Shown here piece after piece: positions 25,030 through 38,479 of a DNA stretch of 64,000 nt. The translations under genes were made by a program, and so were the position numbers. How positions within the stretch are numbered: position 1 is the first letter of the stretch; the number at the start of each line of letters is the position of its first letter. Under the pieces are notes generated by a model. It was not told where the DNA came from and ran no database searches. It was given only the letters and a program-made list of their open reading frames with translations. The DNA comes from Mobula hypostoma. Lineage: Eukaryota. The stretch covers positions 72,294,001 through 72,358,000 of the forward strand of contig NC_086097.1 of the NCBI RefSeq assembly GCF_963921235.1. The letters are read 5' to 3'.

Positions 25030-26879
25030 AAGCCTGGATGCTACACTGCAAAGACTCAAGGAATATGGGCTAAGAGTCTGGAAGGGTAAGTGTGAGTTCT
25101 TTTAATATTCATTTGAATATTTGGACCTTGTGACAGACAACTCAGGACTTCACAAGGTACCATCGAAGGTGCAGGCAATCGTGGAGGCTCCATTACCACA
25201 GAAAGTAAGTCAATTGAGATCTTTCTTAGGATTACTAACATACTATGCGAAATTTATTCCTAACCTAGCTAGCATGCTGAAACCACTTCACGAGCTTTTA
25301 AATAAATCAACACACTGGCACTGGACAGATCGCTGTGAAAAGGATTTTAAAAAGGCCTGAACAGCTTTGTCACTTTCTGCAGCACTCACACACTTCAGCC
25401 TATCATTGCCCACACAGCTAGCCTGCAGTACATTACCCTTTGGGGTGGGGATTGTTATCTCACACATCATACCATCGGGCGAAGAGCATCCAATTGCCTT
25501 CACATCAAGGACATTAAGCAAGGCAAAAAGCCACTATGCCCAGGTTGAGTAGGAAGCCCTCACAATTGTCTTTGGAGATAAGAAATTCCATCAATTTCTC
25601 TTTGTCAACGATTTACACAACTGACCGATCATCACCCCTTGATGTCAATTTCTGTTCCACATACGGGCATTCCTTCCCTGGCTGCTAGCCAAATGCAACA
25701 TTGGGCTATGTTAAAAGTAACTATGGCGCAAGTTCAGAAGCACACACGTACTGACCCTGTTCTATCTAAAGTAGTGGACATGGTAACTCATGAATGGAAA
25801 GGAGAATTTAAACCTTACCAGGCTTGATGGAAGGAGCTCACAGTCTAAGCTGGATGTTCACTATGGGGCTACTGTGTTGAGATTCCTCCACCATTCAGAA
25901 AGCAAGTGCTTGATGAGCTACATGCAGGACACTGTGGTGTGGTATACATGAAAGAAAACATATGCAGCTTCTTATGGTGGCCAGGAGTGTACGTAACCAT
26001 TGAAGGGAAGACCAAAGCATGTCCACGTTGTCAGCAAGTGAGAAATGTTTCTCAGTTTGCTCCTTTGGATCCATGTGATGGCCTGAAGAACCATGGCAAA
26101 GGATTCACATAGATTCTGCAGGACCTGCAGAAGGCCGCATCTTCTTGGTCGTAGTAAACTCACACAGCAAATGGCCCAAGGTTACCATCATGAAGAACAC
26201 CACATCTGAAAAATGTATTGAGGAGCTACATTCCATCTTTAGTCATTTTGGGTCTCCTCAATAAATTGTAAGTGACAATGGCCCACAGCTCCTGTCTGAA
26301 GAGTTCAAGGCATTTATGGAAGCAAATGGTATTCAACGCATCAAGTCAGCGCCATTCGTACAAACATCGAAACAAGTCCTTAAGACTTCAGTGGGAATAG
26401 GATCCCTCAACCAACATCTTAGTATTTTCTTGCTGACATACCATAACGCACCTCACGCCACCAACAAAATGGCTCCAGCCACTACACTGATGAGAAGACT
26501 GCTTTGTACATGGTTTGACCTGCTTAGACCCCCAAACACAAAACAAGTTGAATGAAATGAACAGAAAACCCAAGCAGAGAGACATGCCAAAGCGATGTAC
26601 AGAAGTTTCACAGCAGGAGAGAGAGTACTTACCCAGAACTACATCTCTGGAACCAAGTGGATACCTGTGACGGTGGAGGCACAAACTGGCCCTGTGTCAT
26701 ACACAGAAGAAGCTAGTAACCACAACATCTGGAGAAGGCATGTTGACCAGCTGTTGCCCACTTCTGAGGCTACAGAAAACCAATACAAACCTACCATTCC
26801 AGATCCAGTTGTAGGAATGGGACGGTATTCTGAGACAGCGACTACAGGACCTCCATTAAGATCAAATAACATGGCAATT

Positions 26880-27430
26880 GTTCCTCTGATTGGTGAAGCC
26901 AGATGGGTGGGAAAGACAAAGGGTTAGAGAAGAAGGATTCTAATAGGAGAGGAGAGTGGACCATTATTGAAAGGGAAGGAAGAGGGGACCCAAGGGGAAG
27001 TTATAGGCTGGTGAGAAGAAGTAAAAGGCTAGAATGGGGAGTAGAAGAAGAGGGGAGGGGAGGGAAAAAATTACCAGAAGGAGAAATCGATATTCATGCC
27101 ATCAGGTTGGAGGCTCCCAGACAGAACATAAGGTATTGCTCCTCCTCCCTGAGGGTGGTTTCATCTTGGTACAAGAGGAAGCCATGACCGACAGGTTGGA
27201 ACAAGAATGGGAATCCAAATTAAAATGCTTGGCCTCTTGAAAGTTCTGATTCTGGCGAATGGCCCGGAGGAGCTCGACGAAGCGGTCCCTCAACTTACAA
27301 CGGGTCTCACCAATGTAGAGGAGACTGCAGGGGTAGAGCTGGACATAATAGACAACCCAGCAGATTCACAGGTGAAGTGTTGTCTCACCTGGAACGAGTG
27401 TTTGGGGCCGTAAGTGGAGGTGAGGGATAC
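26880..27430 (-). mobile_element. PLE GIY-YIG and 3'UTR fragment inside the Gypsy 3' region
   Basis: Reverse strand encodes FQVRQHFTCES...CSLLYIGET...RDRFVELLR...HFN. Confidence 0.8.
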
Positions 27431-27434
27431 TGTA

Positions 27435-27633
27435 TATTATGTATTCATGTATATTTTGACCTTTACGGGTTGCTGTCCAGCTTCCTTGTACGTTACATAC
27501 GGTACGCAATGTGAGAAGACATTCTGAGCAGATTTTCAAGCAAAATAAACAGCTGCCTGCTTGTTCATCACCTCTCCATCTCTCGTGTGTGTTATTCACT
27601 GCCACCCAGCTTCCCAGAACCACAAACATAACA
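27435..27633 (+). repeat. Gypsy 3' LTR
   Basis: tattatg...tgtatattttgac...aaaataaa...cacctctcca...gccaccc.gcttccca...cataaca, collinear with the 5' LTR. Confidence 0.8.
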
Positions 27634-28197
27634 GTAAGATAACGGGTTATATTTTATGTGGACATAGCTGGCAATGCTACCATTTACTGTCATCCTTAAT
27701 TGCAGTTAAGATTTAAATCACACTGGTGAGTTGGAACACGCAGGTAACCCTGGACACTTTAATATGTTAAACTACTTTTACTGAAGGACGTTCATGAATC
27801 ACGTAGGTTTTTAATGACAGTATATTAGCTTCATAGCTACTGTTGCTTACATGACATTTTTTTACATTTCTGTTTTAATTATTTGAGTTTTAATTCCCTG
27901 GTTGCTATGATGCAACTCAAACTTTGTGACCAAGAACTCTGGAAGTTAACCATTATTCATTGTGCATGGTAAAATGATGAATTCATTAGAGGAATCATTA
28001 TTTTGCATTCTGATCTATCTTTCCAGACTAATGGGTGCTCCCTGCAGGTAACAACATTTTTGTATTTCTCTACATAAACAAGGCAGTACTGAGTGACAAA
28101 ATAGATTGCAGCCTCATTTGTACCAGAGTTAATTTTGATTCTGAGAATTGGTTGGGCAGGCAAGGAAATTTCACCCACTTTGATATCAGTTCATTCA

Positions 28198-28430
28198 TTT
28201 GTTCTTTCTATGCCGTGTCATGATCTTTCTATGACCATGAGTGTCCTTGGCAAATGTTTCTACAGAAGTCGTTTGCCATTGTCTTCTTCTGGGAAGTGTC
28301 TTTACAATATGGGTGACCCCAGCCATTATCAATATTCATCAGACATTGTCTGCCTGGTATCAGCGGTGGCATAAGCAGGACTTGTGATATACACCAGTTT
28401 GCTCATATAACCATTCACCACCAGCCCCCA
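28198..28430 (-). mobile_element. SINE-like fragment with RTE-type tail
   Basis: Reverse strand has gaagacaatggcaaacgacttctgtagaaacatttgccaag, resembling the GGCAATGGCAAACCAC motif of RTE-related SINEs. Confidence 0.45.
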
Positions 28431-28575
28431 GTGAGGGGCCGTTCACTTACTAAAAGGCACAGACATTCCAACAGATCCTCCTGTATGAAGAGATCAATCA
28501 GAATGCTAAGGTACTTAGTGCCTAGATCATTTGGGTTTCATTATGTGGTGACATCTGAGCAACATCTGATGCATT

Positions 28576-29477
28576 CTAACACACACAAAGTGCTGGAGGA
28601 ATTTATCAGGTCTGGCTGCATCTATGGAAATGAATAACTTTTTGACATTTTGAGCCAAGACCCTTCATCAAAGGGAGGGGAAAGAAGACAAGTAGGTGAG
28701 AGAGTGGGAAGGAGTACAACCTAGAAGGAGATAGGTGAAGCCAGTTGGGTGGGGGAGGGTAGAATGGATTAAGAAGCTGGGAGATGATAGATGGACATGA
28801 TAAAGAGCTAGGGAAGAAGGAATCTGGTCGGAGAGTAGAGTGGACCATGGAAAAAATGGAAGGATGCACAAATGGGAGGTGACTGGTAGGTGAGGAGAAG
28901 TGAAGAGGTAAGAGAGAGGCAAGAGTGGGGAATTGAAGAAGAGTGAAGGTGAAGGGGGAAAATATCAGAAGTTTGAGAAATTGATGCCCATGCCATCAGG
29001 ATGGAGGCTACTCAGACAGAATATGAGGTGTTGCTCCTCCAACCAGAGAGCTTCCTTATCATGGCGGTAGAGCCGGCCATGGACTGACATGTTGAATGGG
29101 GATTGGAATGAAAGTGGATGTATCGGCATGTCAGAATGGATAGGAGACTCTCCTCTCTGATCAGATTCCTTCTTTTCCAGCCCCTTACCTTTTCTACCTA
29201 TCATCTCCAAGTATTTTACTTCATTCCCCCTCCCCCACCCACCTGGCTTCACCAATCACATTCTAACTTGTACTTCTTCCACTCCTTCCCCCAGCCCCTC
29301 CCCCCACCACTGCATCTTCTAATTCGGTCTTCTTCATCCTTCCTTCCCTGTCCTGATGCACCAAAATGTTGACTGTTTATTCATTTTCATAGATGCTTCC
29401 CAACCTGTTGAGCTCCCCCAGTATTTTGTGTGTGTTGCTTTGGCTTTCCGGCATCTGCAGAATCTCTTGTGTGTGTT
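28576..29477. mobile_element. Older two-armed PLE insertion
   Basis: Minus arm to about 29140 (LEEQHLIF...PDGMGINFSNF), plus arm 29147-29477; 12-bp TSD atctgatgcatt (28564-28575, 29478-29489). Confidence 0.85.
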
Positions 29478-29959
29478 ATCTGATGCATTGATGTGCAGAA
29501 CTCTCTGTTTTATTTGAGTACCTACCCCAAAGTTTAACTCCCCACCAGAGGCATACACTATATTGTCAGCAAAACGGCAACTGTTGAAGGAGAAATGGAA
29601 AACAAACCTTTGATGCATGCCATAGACAGTGTGTAAATCAGAGACATCACCTGTTCCTCTTACCATGACCAATCAGTCCTTTCCTCTACCTATGACAACA
29701 ACAGCTGTGATTTTAACTGCACCTTGATCAACGTGTATACTGGATTATCAGACCAATCGCATTTGATATTTGAACAATATTTGACCAAATTTGCTAAGAC
29801 ACTCCAATTACAGAAGTATTTTCCAATGCAAATTCCTGTTAGTGCAACTTAAATCTTTTGGGTTAGTTCAAAACTCTTTGAGCAGAAAGCATCCTTGTCC
29901 TTAGAAAAGGTCTAGTCATATACTCAGAGCATTTAACCTGAATGTCAAAAGAAATGGGA

Positions 29960-32900
29960 AGGTGAATAGGAAGTGAGTGCAGAGCACCCTGTGGCCATTC
30001 CCCTCAATAATGAGTATATTGTTTTGGATACTGTTGTGGGGGTGATATCCCAGGGGAAAGCCACAGAGACCAGGTTACTGGCAGTGAGCATAGGTCTGTG
30101 GTTCAGAAGGGAAAGATGGGGAAGAGGGGAACGGCAGTGATAGGGGACTCAACAGTCAGAGGAACAGACAGGAAATTCTGTCAAAGTGAACGGGACATCC
30201 GGATGGTATGTTGCTTCCTAGGTGCCAGGGTCAGGGACATCTTGAATCGCATCCACAGCATTTTGGAGAGAGAGGGAGAGCAGCCAGAATTCTTAGTATA
30301 TATTGGCATCAATGACGTAGGAAGGAAAAGCAATGAGGTCCTGAAGAGAGAATTTAAAGAGCCAGGCAGAAAGCTGAGAATCAGGGCTGAACAGCTACCT
30401 GTGCCACGCGCCAGTGAGGGTAGAAACAAGATGATTTGGCAGATAAATGAGTGGCTGAGAAGCTGGTACAGGGGTCAGGTCTTCAGGTTCATGGATCATT
30501 GGATCATTGATCATGGATCATGGATCACGGATCTTCTGGGGTGGGGGGGCCGTGGGTATGACCTGTTCGAAAGCTATGGGTCGCACCTGAACCTGAGGGA
30601 ACCAATATTCTCACAGGCAGGGGGTTGGGAACCAGAGTGAAGGGACTCAGGATAGGACAGATTGTAAAAAAAAACAAAGATAGTGTGCAGTCAGCCAGCC
30701 TGTCAGGAAGGGCAGGCAGATTATAGGACAAAATTGCAGCCAGCAGGGTGAGTATCAGTACATTAGGGATGCAGAATCAGAAAGGGTAGCAAATACAGAA
30801 CTCAAAATGTTATATCCCAGTGCACGGAGTATAAGAAATAAGGTGGATGATCTTATTGTACTTTTACAGATTATCAGGAGTGATGTTGAGGCCATCACTG
30901 AATTGTCGCTGAAGGATGGTTGTAGTTGGGAGTTGAATATCCAAGGTTACACATGATACTGGAGGAATAGGAAGGCAGGCAGAGGAGTGGCATAGCTCTG
31001 CCAGTAAAGAATGACATCAAATCAGTAGATAGATGTGACATAGGATCAGAAGATGTTGAATCCTTGTGGGTTGAGTTAAGGAACTGTAAGGATAAAAGGA
31101 CCCTGATGGCAGTTATATACAGGCCCCCAAACAGTAGCTGGGATGTGGACTACAGGTTACAATGGGGAATAGAAAAGGCTGTAAAAAGGGCAATGTTATG
31201 ATAGTCATGGGAGATTTTAACATTAAGGTAGATTGGAAAAATTAGGTTGGTAATGGACCCCAAGTGAGTGAATATGTTGAATGCCTACAAGATGATTTTT
31301 TGAAGCAGTTTGTCATTGAACCTACTAGAGGATCATCTATACTGGATTGGGCGTTATATAGTGAACCCAAGGCGATTAGGGAGCTTAAGGTAAAGGAACA
31401 CTAAGGAGTCAGTGATCACAATGTGATTGAGTTCAACTTGAGAATTTGATAGGGAGAAAGTAAAGTCTGATGTAATAGTATTTCAGCTGGAAAAAGGAAA
31501 TTACAGTGGTATGAGAGAGGAGCTGGCCAAAGTAAATTGGAAGGAGATGCTGCCAAGGATGACAGAACAGCAGCAATGGCTTTAGTTTCTGGGAAGAAAT
31601 GAGGAAGGTGCAGGATAGATGTATTCCAAAAACAAAGTACTGAAATGGCAAAATAGTACAACCGTGGCTGACAAAGGAAGTCAAAGCTAATGTACAAGCA
31701 AAAAAGAGGGTGTACAACAAAGCAAAAATTAATGGGAAGATAGAGGATTGGGAAGCTTTTAAAAACCTACAGAAAGCAACTAAAAGGATCATTAGGAGAG
31801 AAAAGATAAAACATGAAAGCAAGCTAGCAAACACTATCAGAAAATGCCTTTTCAAGTATATAAAAAATTAAAAGAGAAATGAGAGTGGATATAGGACCGT
31901 TAAAAAACGAGGCTGGAGAAATAATAATGCGGACAAGCAGATGGCTGATGAACTAAATGATTATTTTTCAACAGACTTCACTGTGGAAGACACTAGAGTG
32001 TGCCAAAGTTGAAATGTGTCGGGGATGAGAAGTGAGTGCAGTTACTATTACAAGAGAGAAGGTGCTCAAAAAGTTAAAAGAATTTAAAGTACATAAGTCA
32101 CCCGGACCAGATGAACTCCCTAGGATTCTGAAAGAGGTAGCAGTAGAGATTGTGGATCCATTAGTAATGATCTTTCAAGAGTCATTGGATTCTGGCATTG
32201 TGCCAGAGAACTGGAAAATTGCAAATGTCACTCCACTCTTTAAGAAAGGAAGGAGGCAGCAGAAAGAAAATTATAAACCAAATATCCTGACCTCAATGAT
32301 TGAGAAGATGCTGGAGTCAATCGTTAAGGATGAGGTTATAGAGTACTTGGTGTCACAGGACCAGATAGGACAAAGTCAGCATGGTTTCCTTAAGGGAAAG
32401 TCTTGCCTGATGAACCTGTTGGGATTCTTTGAGGAGAGTACGAGTTGGATAGATAAAGGGGACGCAGTGGATGTTGTATATTTGGATTTTCAGAAGTCCT
32501 TTGACAAGGTGCCACACATGAAGCAAGTTAAGAGCCCATGATATCACAGGAAAGTTACTGGCATGGTTAGAACATTGGCTGCTAGGTAGAAGGCAGTGAA
32601 TGGGAAGAAAAGGATCCTTTTCTGGCTGGCTGCCAGTGACTAGTGGTGATCTGCAGGGGTCAGTGTTCGGACTGCTTCTTTTTATGCTGTATATCAATGA
32701 TTTATATAATGGAAAAGATGGCTCTGTTGCCAAGTTTGCAGATGATACGAAGATTGGTGAAGGGGTAGGTAGTGTTGAGGAAACAGGAAGGCTGCAGAAG
32801 GACTTAGACAGATTAGGAGAATGAAGAAAAAAGTGGCAAATGAAATACAATGTTGGTCATGCCTTTCAATAGAAGAAATAAATTTTCTGACTATTTTCTA

Positions 32901-33578
32901 AATGGAAGAAAATCCAAAATTCTAAGATGTAAAAACTTGGGAGTTCTCATGCAGAATGCTCTAAAGGTTAACTTGCAGATGTGATGCTGAGGCTTTATAA
33001 GGCACTGGTGAGTCCTCAACTTGAGTAATGTGAACAGCTTTGGGTTTCTTAACTAAGAAAAAATATGCTGGCTTCGGAGAGGGTTCAGATGAGGTTCATA
33101 AGGATGATTCCGAGAATGAAAGGTCATCATATGAGGAATATTTGATGGCCCTGGGCCTCTACTCGCTGGAATTTAGAAGGATGCGGGGGGAATCTTGTTG
33201 AAATGTTTTGAACGTTGAAAAGCCTAGACAGAGTAGATGTGGATAGGATGTTTGCCATAGTGTGGGAGTTTAGAACAAGGGAGCACAGCCTCAGGATAGA
33301 CGGACGTCCAATTAAAACTGAGATGCAGAGAAATTTCTTTAGCTGGGGGTGGTGAAGTTTTGGAACTTGTTACCACAGGCAGCTGTGAAGGCCAGGTTGT
33401 TGGGTGTATTTAAGCCAGAGATTGATAGGTTCCTGATTGGCTATGGCATCAAAGGTTATGGGGAGAAGACCAGGGAGTGGGGCTGAGGAGCGGAAAAAAA
33501 GGATCAGCCATGATTTTATGGTGGAGCAGACTCAATGGACCAAATGGCCAAAGTCTGCTTCTATGTCTTAGGTCTTAA
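29960..33578 (+). mobile_element. Near full-length decayed CR1 LINE (ORF1 SGNH esterase; ORF2 APE endonuclease and RT)
   Basis: VIGDSTVR...IGINDVG (esterase), VIYRPPN, IVMGDFN, SDHNVIEF (APE), KSPGPD, QHGFLKGKSC, YLDFQKSFDKVPH, QGSVFG, KFADDTK; CR1 tail. Confidence 0.92.
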
Positions 33579-34284
33579 TTACTGCAAAGGTTCTTCTCAT
33601 TGTTGTTCACTTGCAGAACTTCTTAAGATTTTATTTCAACTGCAAGAACACTAATTGGCATACCATGGAACCTTTTAATGTTTTCCAATAAAGTGACCAC
33701 TATAACCAATGTATCTCATAAATGGATCAATGTTCTTTTGTTCAAAAGAAATATTTAGTTATTCAAAATTGTGTTACTAACAGGTGATTGAGTAGATTTA
33801 TTAAAAATTAATTCTATTTTCAGCTATGATAATGGTATAACTGTACCTAGTTACTATTGTTAAATATGTGAGGCATATTTTTTAATGTAAAGAATTTTTC
33901 TGTTCTAAGCTACTGCACAGTACATTGATTTATGGGCAACGACATTGATAAGGAAATGAAGCTAAATAGAAAATTGGCATATCTAAGCAGATGCAGCTTT
34001 GAACATATTTGCATTTGAATTGACAATTGTGGCCAGCATGGACACTCCCGCCCAGTTCCTTTAACGGAGGAATAAAGCCAAGATTCTTCACAGGTCACTA
34101 ATGGAAACTGAGCTAGAAAAGAACATCTCAGAGATTTTGAGGAGGATCTAAATTTTGGTGGAGCTGAAGAGAAGAAGGCTTTAGTGAGAAAATTCTAGAG
34201 GGTTGAATCTAATTACCTGCACAGAATAGATAAGGCAAAGAAAAGCTGTAATACAGCAGCTGAGAGCTGCAAGGAGAGTGGTGT

Positions 34285-35717
34285 ACCTGGCAGGGCACTG
34301 AAAACCAGCTGGCTGAAATACTCAAGAACATCTTCAACCTCTCACTGCTGCAGCTGGAAGTTCCCACCTACTTCAAAAGGGCATCAATCATACCAATGCC
34401 CAAGAAGAGCAGGTGAGCTCCCTCAACAACTATCATCCAGTAGCCCTCACATCAACTATGATGAAGTATTTTGCAAGGTTGACTATGACTGGAATTTAAC
34501 TTCTGTCTGAGCAAGAACCTGGAACTGCTGCAATATGCCTGTCACCACAACAGGTCGACAGCAGATGCAATCTCACTAGCTCTTCGCTTGGCCTTGGATC
34601 ATCTGGACAGCAATAGTGCCTAGGTCAGACTGCTGGACATTGATTACAGCTCAGCACTCAATGCCATCATCCCCTCAGTACTAAAGAACAAGCTACAAAT
34701 CTTGGGTCTCTGTAACTCCCTCTACAACTGAATCCTTGACTTCCTCACCAGGAGACCACAGACAATGTGGATTAGAAATAACATCTCCTCCTCACTGACA
34801 ATCAACACATGTCTATCTCAAGGGTGCGTGTTAGCCTACTGCTCTGATCTTTCTTCAATCATGCCTCATGCTCAAATGCCATCTATAAATTCACCAATGA
34901 CAGAAATGAATTTGGCAGAATTTCAGATGGTGTCGAGGAGACGTAAAGAAGTGAGATCGATTGCTTGGTTGAGTATTATCGCAACAAAAACCTTGCATTT
35001 AATGTCAGAAGACTAAGGAGTTGATTGTGGACTACAGAAAGGGGAAATTAGAACACACAGTAGACATCACTGAAGGGTCAGCAGTGGAAAGGGTGAGCAA
35101 CATCAAGTTCCTTGGTGTCACCCTCTCTGAAGATTTACCTTGGGCACAACATAATGATGAATTAGCAAGGAGGCAACCCAGTAGCTATATCTCATTAGGA
35201 ATTTGAGGTGATTTGGTAAGTCACCAGGCCCTACCAAGTTTCTACAAATGTACATTCTCACGACTGGCATCACCACCTGATATGGAGACAGTAATGCACG
35301 GGACTGGAAAAATCTGGTGAGGATATAGTTGATAGCCTGCTGCATCATGAACACTAGTCTCCCCACCACTAAAGACATCTTCAAAAAGTGATGCTTCAGG
35401 AAGGCAGCAACTAACATGGAGGACCCTCGCGTCCAGGACATGCCGTTTGCTCAGTAACCACTGCCATTGGATGGAGATACAGGAACCTGAAAAATGCTTT
35501 ATGAACTGCTTGTTTCCCTCCATCATCAGATTTCTATACAGTCCATAAACACTACCTCACTATTGTGTTCTCCTTTTTTACTATTTAAATGTATATATAC
35601 ATATGTATTCTTATTATAATTTATCGTGTTTTCGTATTGCGTTGTACTGCTGTGCAAAACAAGTTATTTCATGAAATGTGCCAGTGATAATAAACCTGAT
35701 TCTGATTCTGACTCTGA
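34285..35717 (+). mobile_element. Rex1/Babar-type LINE, 5'-truncated and decayed
   Basis: NIFNLSL...FKRASIIPMPKK, NYHPVALTS, DYSSALNAIIP, IVDYRK, VERVSNIKFLGV; tail aataaacctgattctgattctga. Confidence 0.85.
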
Positions 35718-35929
35718 GGGGACCACAGGTAAAATTACAGGGATGCATCACATTGCTTACTTCAGGAGGGATAAAGCTCTATGGACATCTACACGATCCA
35801 CAGGGGCACCACGAGTCAACGATGACTTGACGATACTCAACAACAACAACAAACAAGGCCATTAAAAGTTTTAAACTCAAAGATAATAATTGGATGACTG
35901 AGAGCTAATGTTAACAAAAGGAGAAGTGA

Positions 35930-36023
35930 CACACGCAGAATTCTGGAGGAACTCAGCAGGCCAGGCAGCATCTACGGAAAAAGGTACAGTCGACGTTTCA
36001 GACCAAGCCCCTTCATCAGGACT
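35930..36023 (-). mobile_element. PLE tail with hammerhead (35987-36023)
   Basis: Reverse complement agtc-CTGATGA-aggggcttggtct-GAAAC-GTC-gactg followed by the agatgctgcctggcctgctgagttc tail. Confidence 0.75.
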
Positions 36024-37574
36024 CAAAAGTGATGAGTGAGTGGCCTTGGAGGAAGATAAGATAACAGCATCAGATTAATGGATCAGTTGAAGGTCACAGA
36101 CATAGAGAATGAAGGCAAACTGGAAAACTTGGAATATCCTCAGAATAGCTTAAGTCTTAAATGAGATTTTTCGGGTGGATGTGGCGGGTAATACAGTGGT
36201 GTCTTTATGATAATAATAGCTTCAAAGCTCACCTTTGGGTTCAATAATATGCTGAAATTCTGATAAGCCTGGTAGAATAAGAGAGGAGAGCCACAAAGTT
36301 ATTTAAATCTTTTGTGGGGTTAAGAAATACATGCTGAATCATGAGCAGGTAAAGAGTACAAATTATCTAGATGTTTAAGGAAGGAAATTGAGGTGAGGTC
36401 ATACTTCCATCCTTCACTTTACTTTTTTAAATCAAAAATAGAAGGTACTCCCTCTGACCAATGCTGGGAAGAAAACATTTGAAAATCTGTACAACATCTT
36501 TGACTTAACAAAACGTCCCAGGATGTTTTCAAACAAAATTTCACGGACAGCACTGCAAAAATTGATATACTGACATGACGAGCTTGGTCACATGTTTTTG
36601 TAGATCCACAACAAGGTTGCAACGTTTTACCTGTGGATCTTGCAGAGATAACATAATATCAATGATCCTCCGAGATGATCCCCCAAATAATAAATTTCTT
36701 CCATCTACATGGTCTCTCTAGAAAGTTAGTAAACCTGTTACCCTACCAGTCTATGTATGTAACAGTTACTTGTACTCTGTGTTTATAGGATTGTCTTTTA
36801 TATTTATATTTATTGTGCTATTTATGTTTATTGTATATTTTATGCCACCTCAGATCTAGAATAACAATCATCTTGTTCCCCTTTACACGTGTACAGAAGA
36901 ATGACAATAAACATTCTTGCCTCTTGAATCTTGAACCTGTTACTGTATTTATTTCAGAAACCTTCTGTACTTAAGAGGTGACCAGGATCCCCAGCAGAAT
37001 TCACCCAAGTCAGAACAGCACTGAACATCAGGAGATGCATTCCAAGATGCTGCAATACCACCTGTAAAAATCTAAGAGCAAGCCTTGAATATGAAGTCTG
37101 GAATCAGGAACATAAAAAGGATGGAGAGACAGGCTCAATATTGCCAAGTGAGATGGCATATGCTCTTGCAACATCCAGCTTGTAGGTATTTGATAAAATT
37201 AATCCAAGTACTTTGCTCAAAGCACCACTAAGTATGTTGGAGAGGCTCAGGCATAAGAAGCAATTCTGTTTACTTATTCCCATTGGGATTTCTTATCAAC
37301 CTGAGACCTCAAACCTGTCCCCAATGAGTAAATTGGAGTGAGTGAATTCCAAGCCAAATTGGGCAATGCAGGAGAAATAAAATTGAAACACAGGTTGGAT
37401 TATGAACAAGATAAAGGAATTGGGAAAAAAGAGATTAAAATGGCCAATTTCATTTTTAGAAGTCACCAAGAAAAATTCAAGCCCAGAGAAGCAAGATCCT
37501 ACATTTGTCAAGGAGGTTCACTGGTGTTAATAGCACTTTGAAACATTGAGACAAATGTGAAGGAGACCGAATGG

Positions 37575-38095
37575 TTCTCAGAGAGGCCATTGGTTCATGT
37601 CATTTCCTTGGAGAGGCCACTGATTCAATCCATATCCCTCTAAGGGGGCCGTTGGTTCATATCATTCCCTTGGAGCGGGTGCTTGTTCGTGTTGCTTCCT
37701 TTGGAGAGGCTGCTGGTTCATGTTGCTGCCCTTGGAGAGGCTACTGGATCATGTCACCTCCCTCTGAGGGGCCGCTGGTTCATGTTGCTGCCCTTGGAGA
37801 GGCCACTGGATCATGTCACCTCCCTCTGAGGGGCCTCTGGTTCATGTTGCTGCCTTTGGAGAGGCCATTGGATCATGTCACTGAACTCAGAGAGGCCACT
37901 AGCTTGTATGGCTTCCCTCTGAGGGGCTGCTGGTTTGTGTCGTCTTCCTCGAAGAGGCCACTGGTTTGTGTCACTTCCCTTCAGAGGGGTTGCTGGTTCA
38001 TGTCATATCCCATTGGAGAGACTGCTTGTTTGTGTCTCTTCCCCTCGGAGGGGCTACTGGTTTGTGTCTCTTACCCTCAGAGGGGCCACTGGGTC
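37575..38095. repeat. Minisatellite, about 30-31 bp unit with a dimeric higher-order pattern
   Basis: Alternating units like cccttggagaggccactggatcatgtcacct and ccctctgaggggccgctggttcatgttgctg; roughly 17 units. Confidence 0.85.
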
Positions 38096-38099
38096 CCGA

Positions 38100-38382
38100 T
38101 GCTCTCGGAAATGTTATCGAAATTCTGAGATTTATGGATTGGACTTCTTTCAGTTCTATGTTTGTTTTGTGTTCTCGCCATTCCTTTCTTTTTGCCAATT
38201 GGTGGGCTAGGGATTGGGGTTTGTGAGTTTTGTTTCTTTCCCTTATCATGCAGTGGGATTGGTGTCTTTCTTTCAAATACTTCTATGGTTTTCTGTATTT
38301 TATGGCTATCGAGAGAAGGCAAATCTCAGAGTTGTATTCTACATACCTACTTTGATAATAAAATGAACCTTTGAACCTTTGA
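38100..38382 (+). mobile_element. Retroposon-like 3' tail adjoining the minisatellite
   Basis: T-rich body ending in aataaaatgaacctttgaacctttga. Confidence 0.55.
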
Positions 38383-38479
38383 TTCACCCTTATCATATCA
38401 GTGTACTAATACTTAGACTTGATATGACTTTAGAGCAAGTTTTGTTCATATTTACTGAACAAAACATCATACATTTCAA

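Larger units (their letters stand above)
22583..26760 (+). pseudogene. Gypsy gag-pol, disrupted
   Basis: CGLHSEAIQKHLL (gag), zinc knuckles at 23155-23245, [21 protein letters not shown], YLDD at about 24302-24313, LRSFLGLLTYY, PIAFTSRTL, LHAGHCG...C..C, VSDNGPQ, WRRHVDQL. Confidence 0.88.
22137..27633 (+). mobile_element. Decayed Gypsy (Mag-like) LTR retrotransposon with nested insertions
   Basis: Two related LTRs, PBS, gag-PR-RT-RH-IN order; flanks ataag / gtaag (5-bp TSD with one mismatch). Confidence 0.88.

Noticed and set aside
22137..27633. Endogenous retrovirus
   Set aside because: No env; RT and gag motifs and short LTRs are Gypsy/Mag-like
30098..30640. Host lipase/esterase gene
   Set aside because: It lies directly upstream of CR1 APE-RT, so it is ORF1 of the LINE
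37571..38128. 185-aa ORF or CRISPR-like array
   Set aside because: The ORF is a by-product of the tandem repeat; there are no unique spacers and no cas genes
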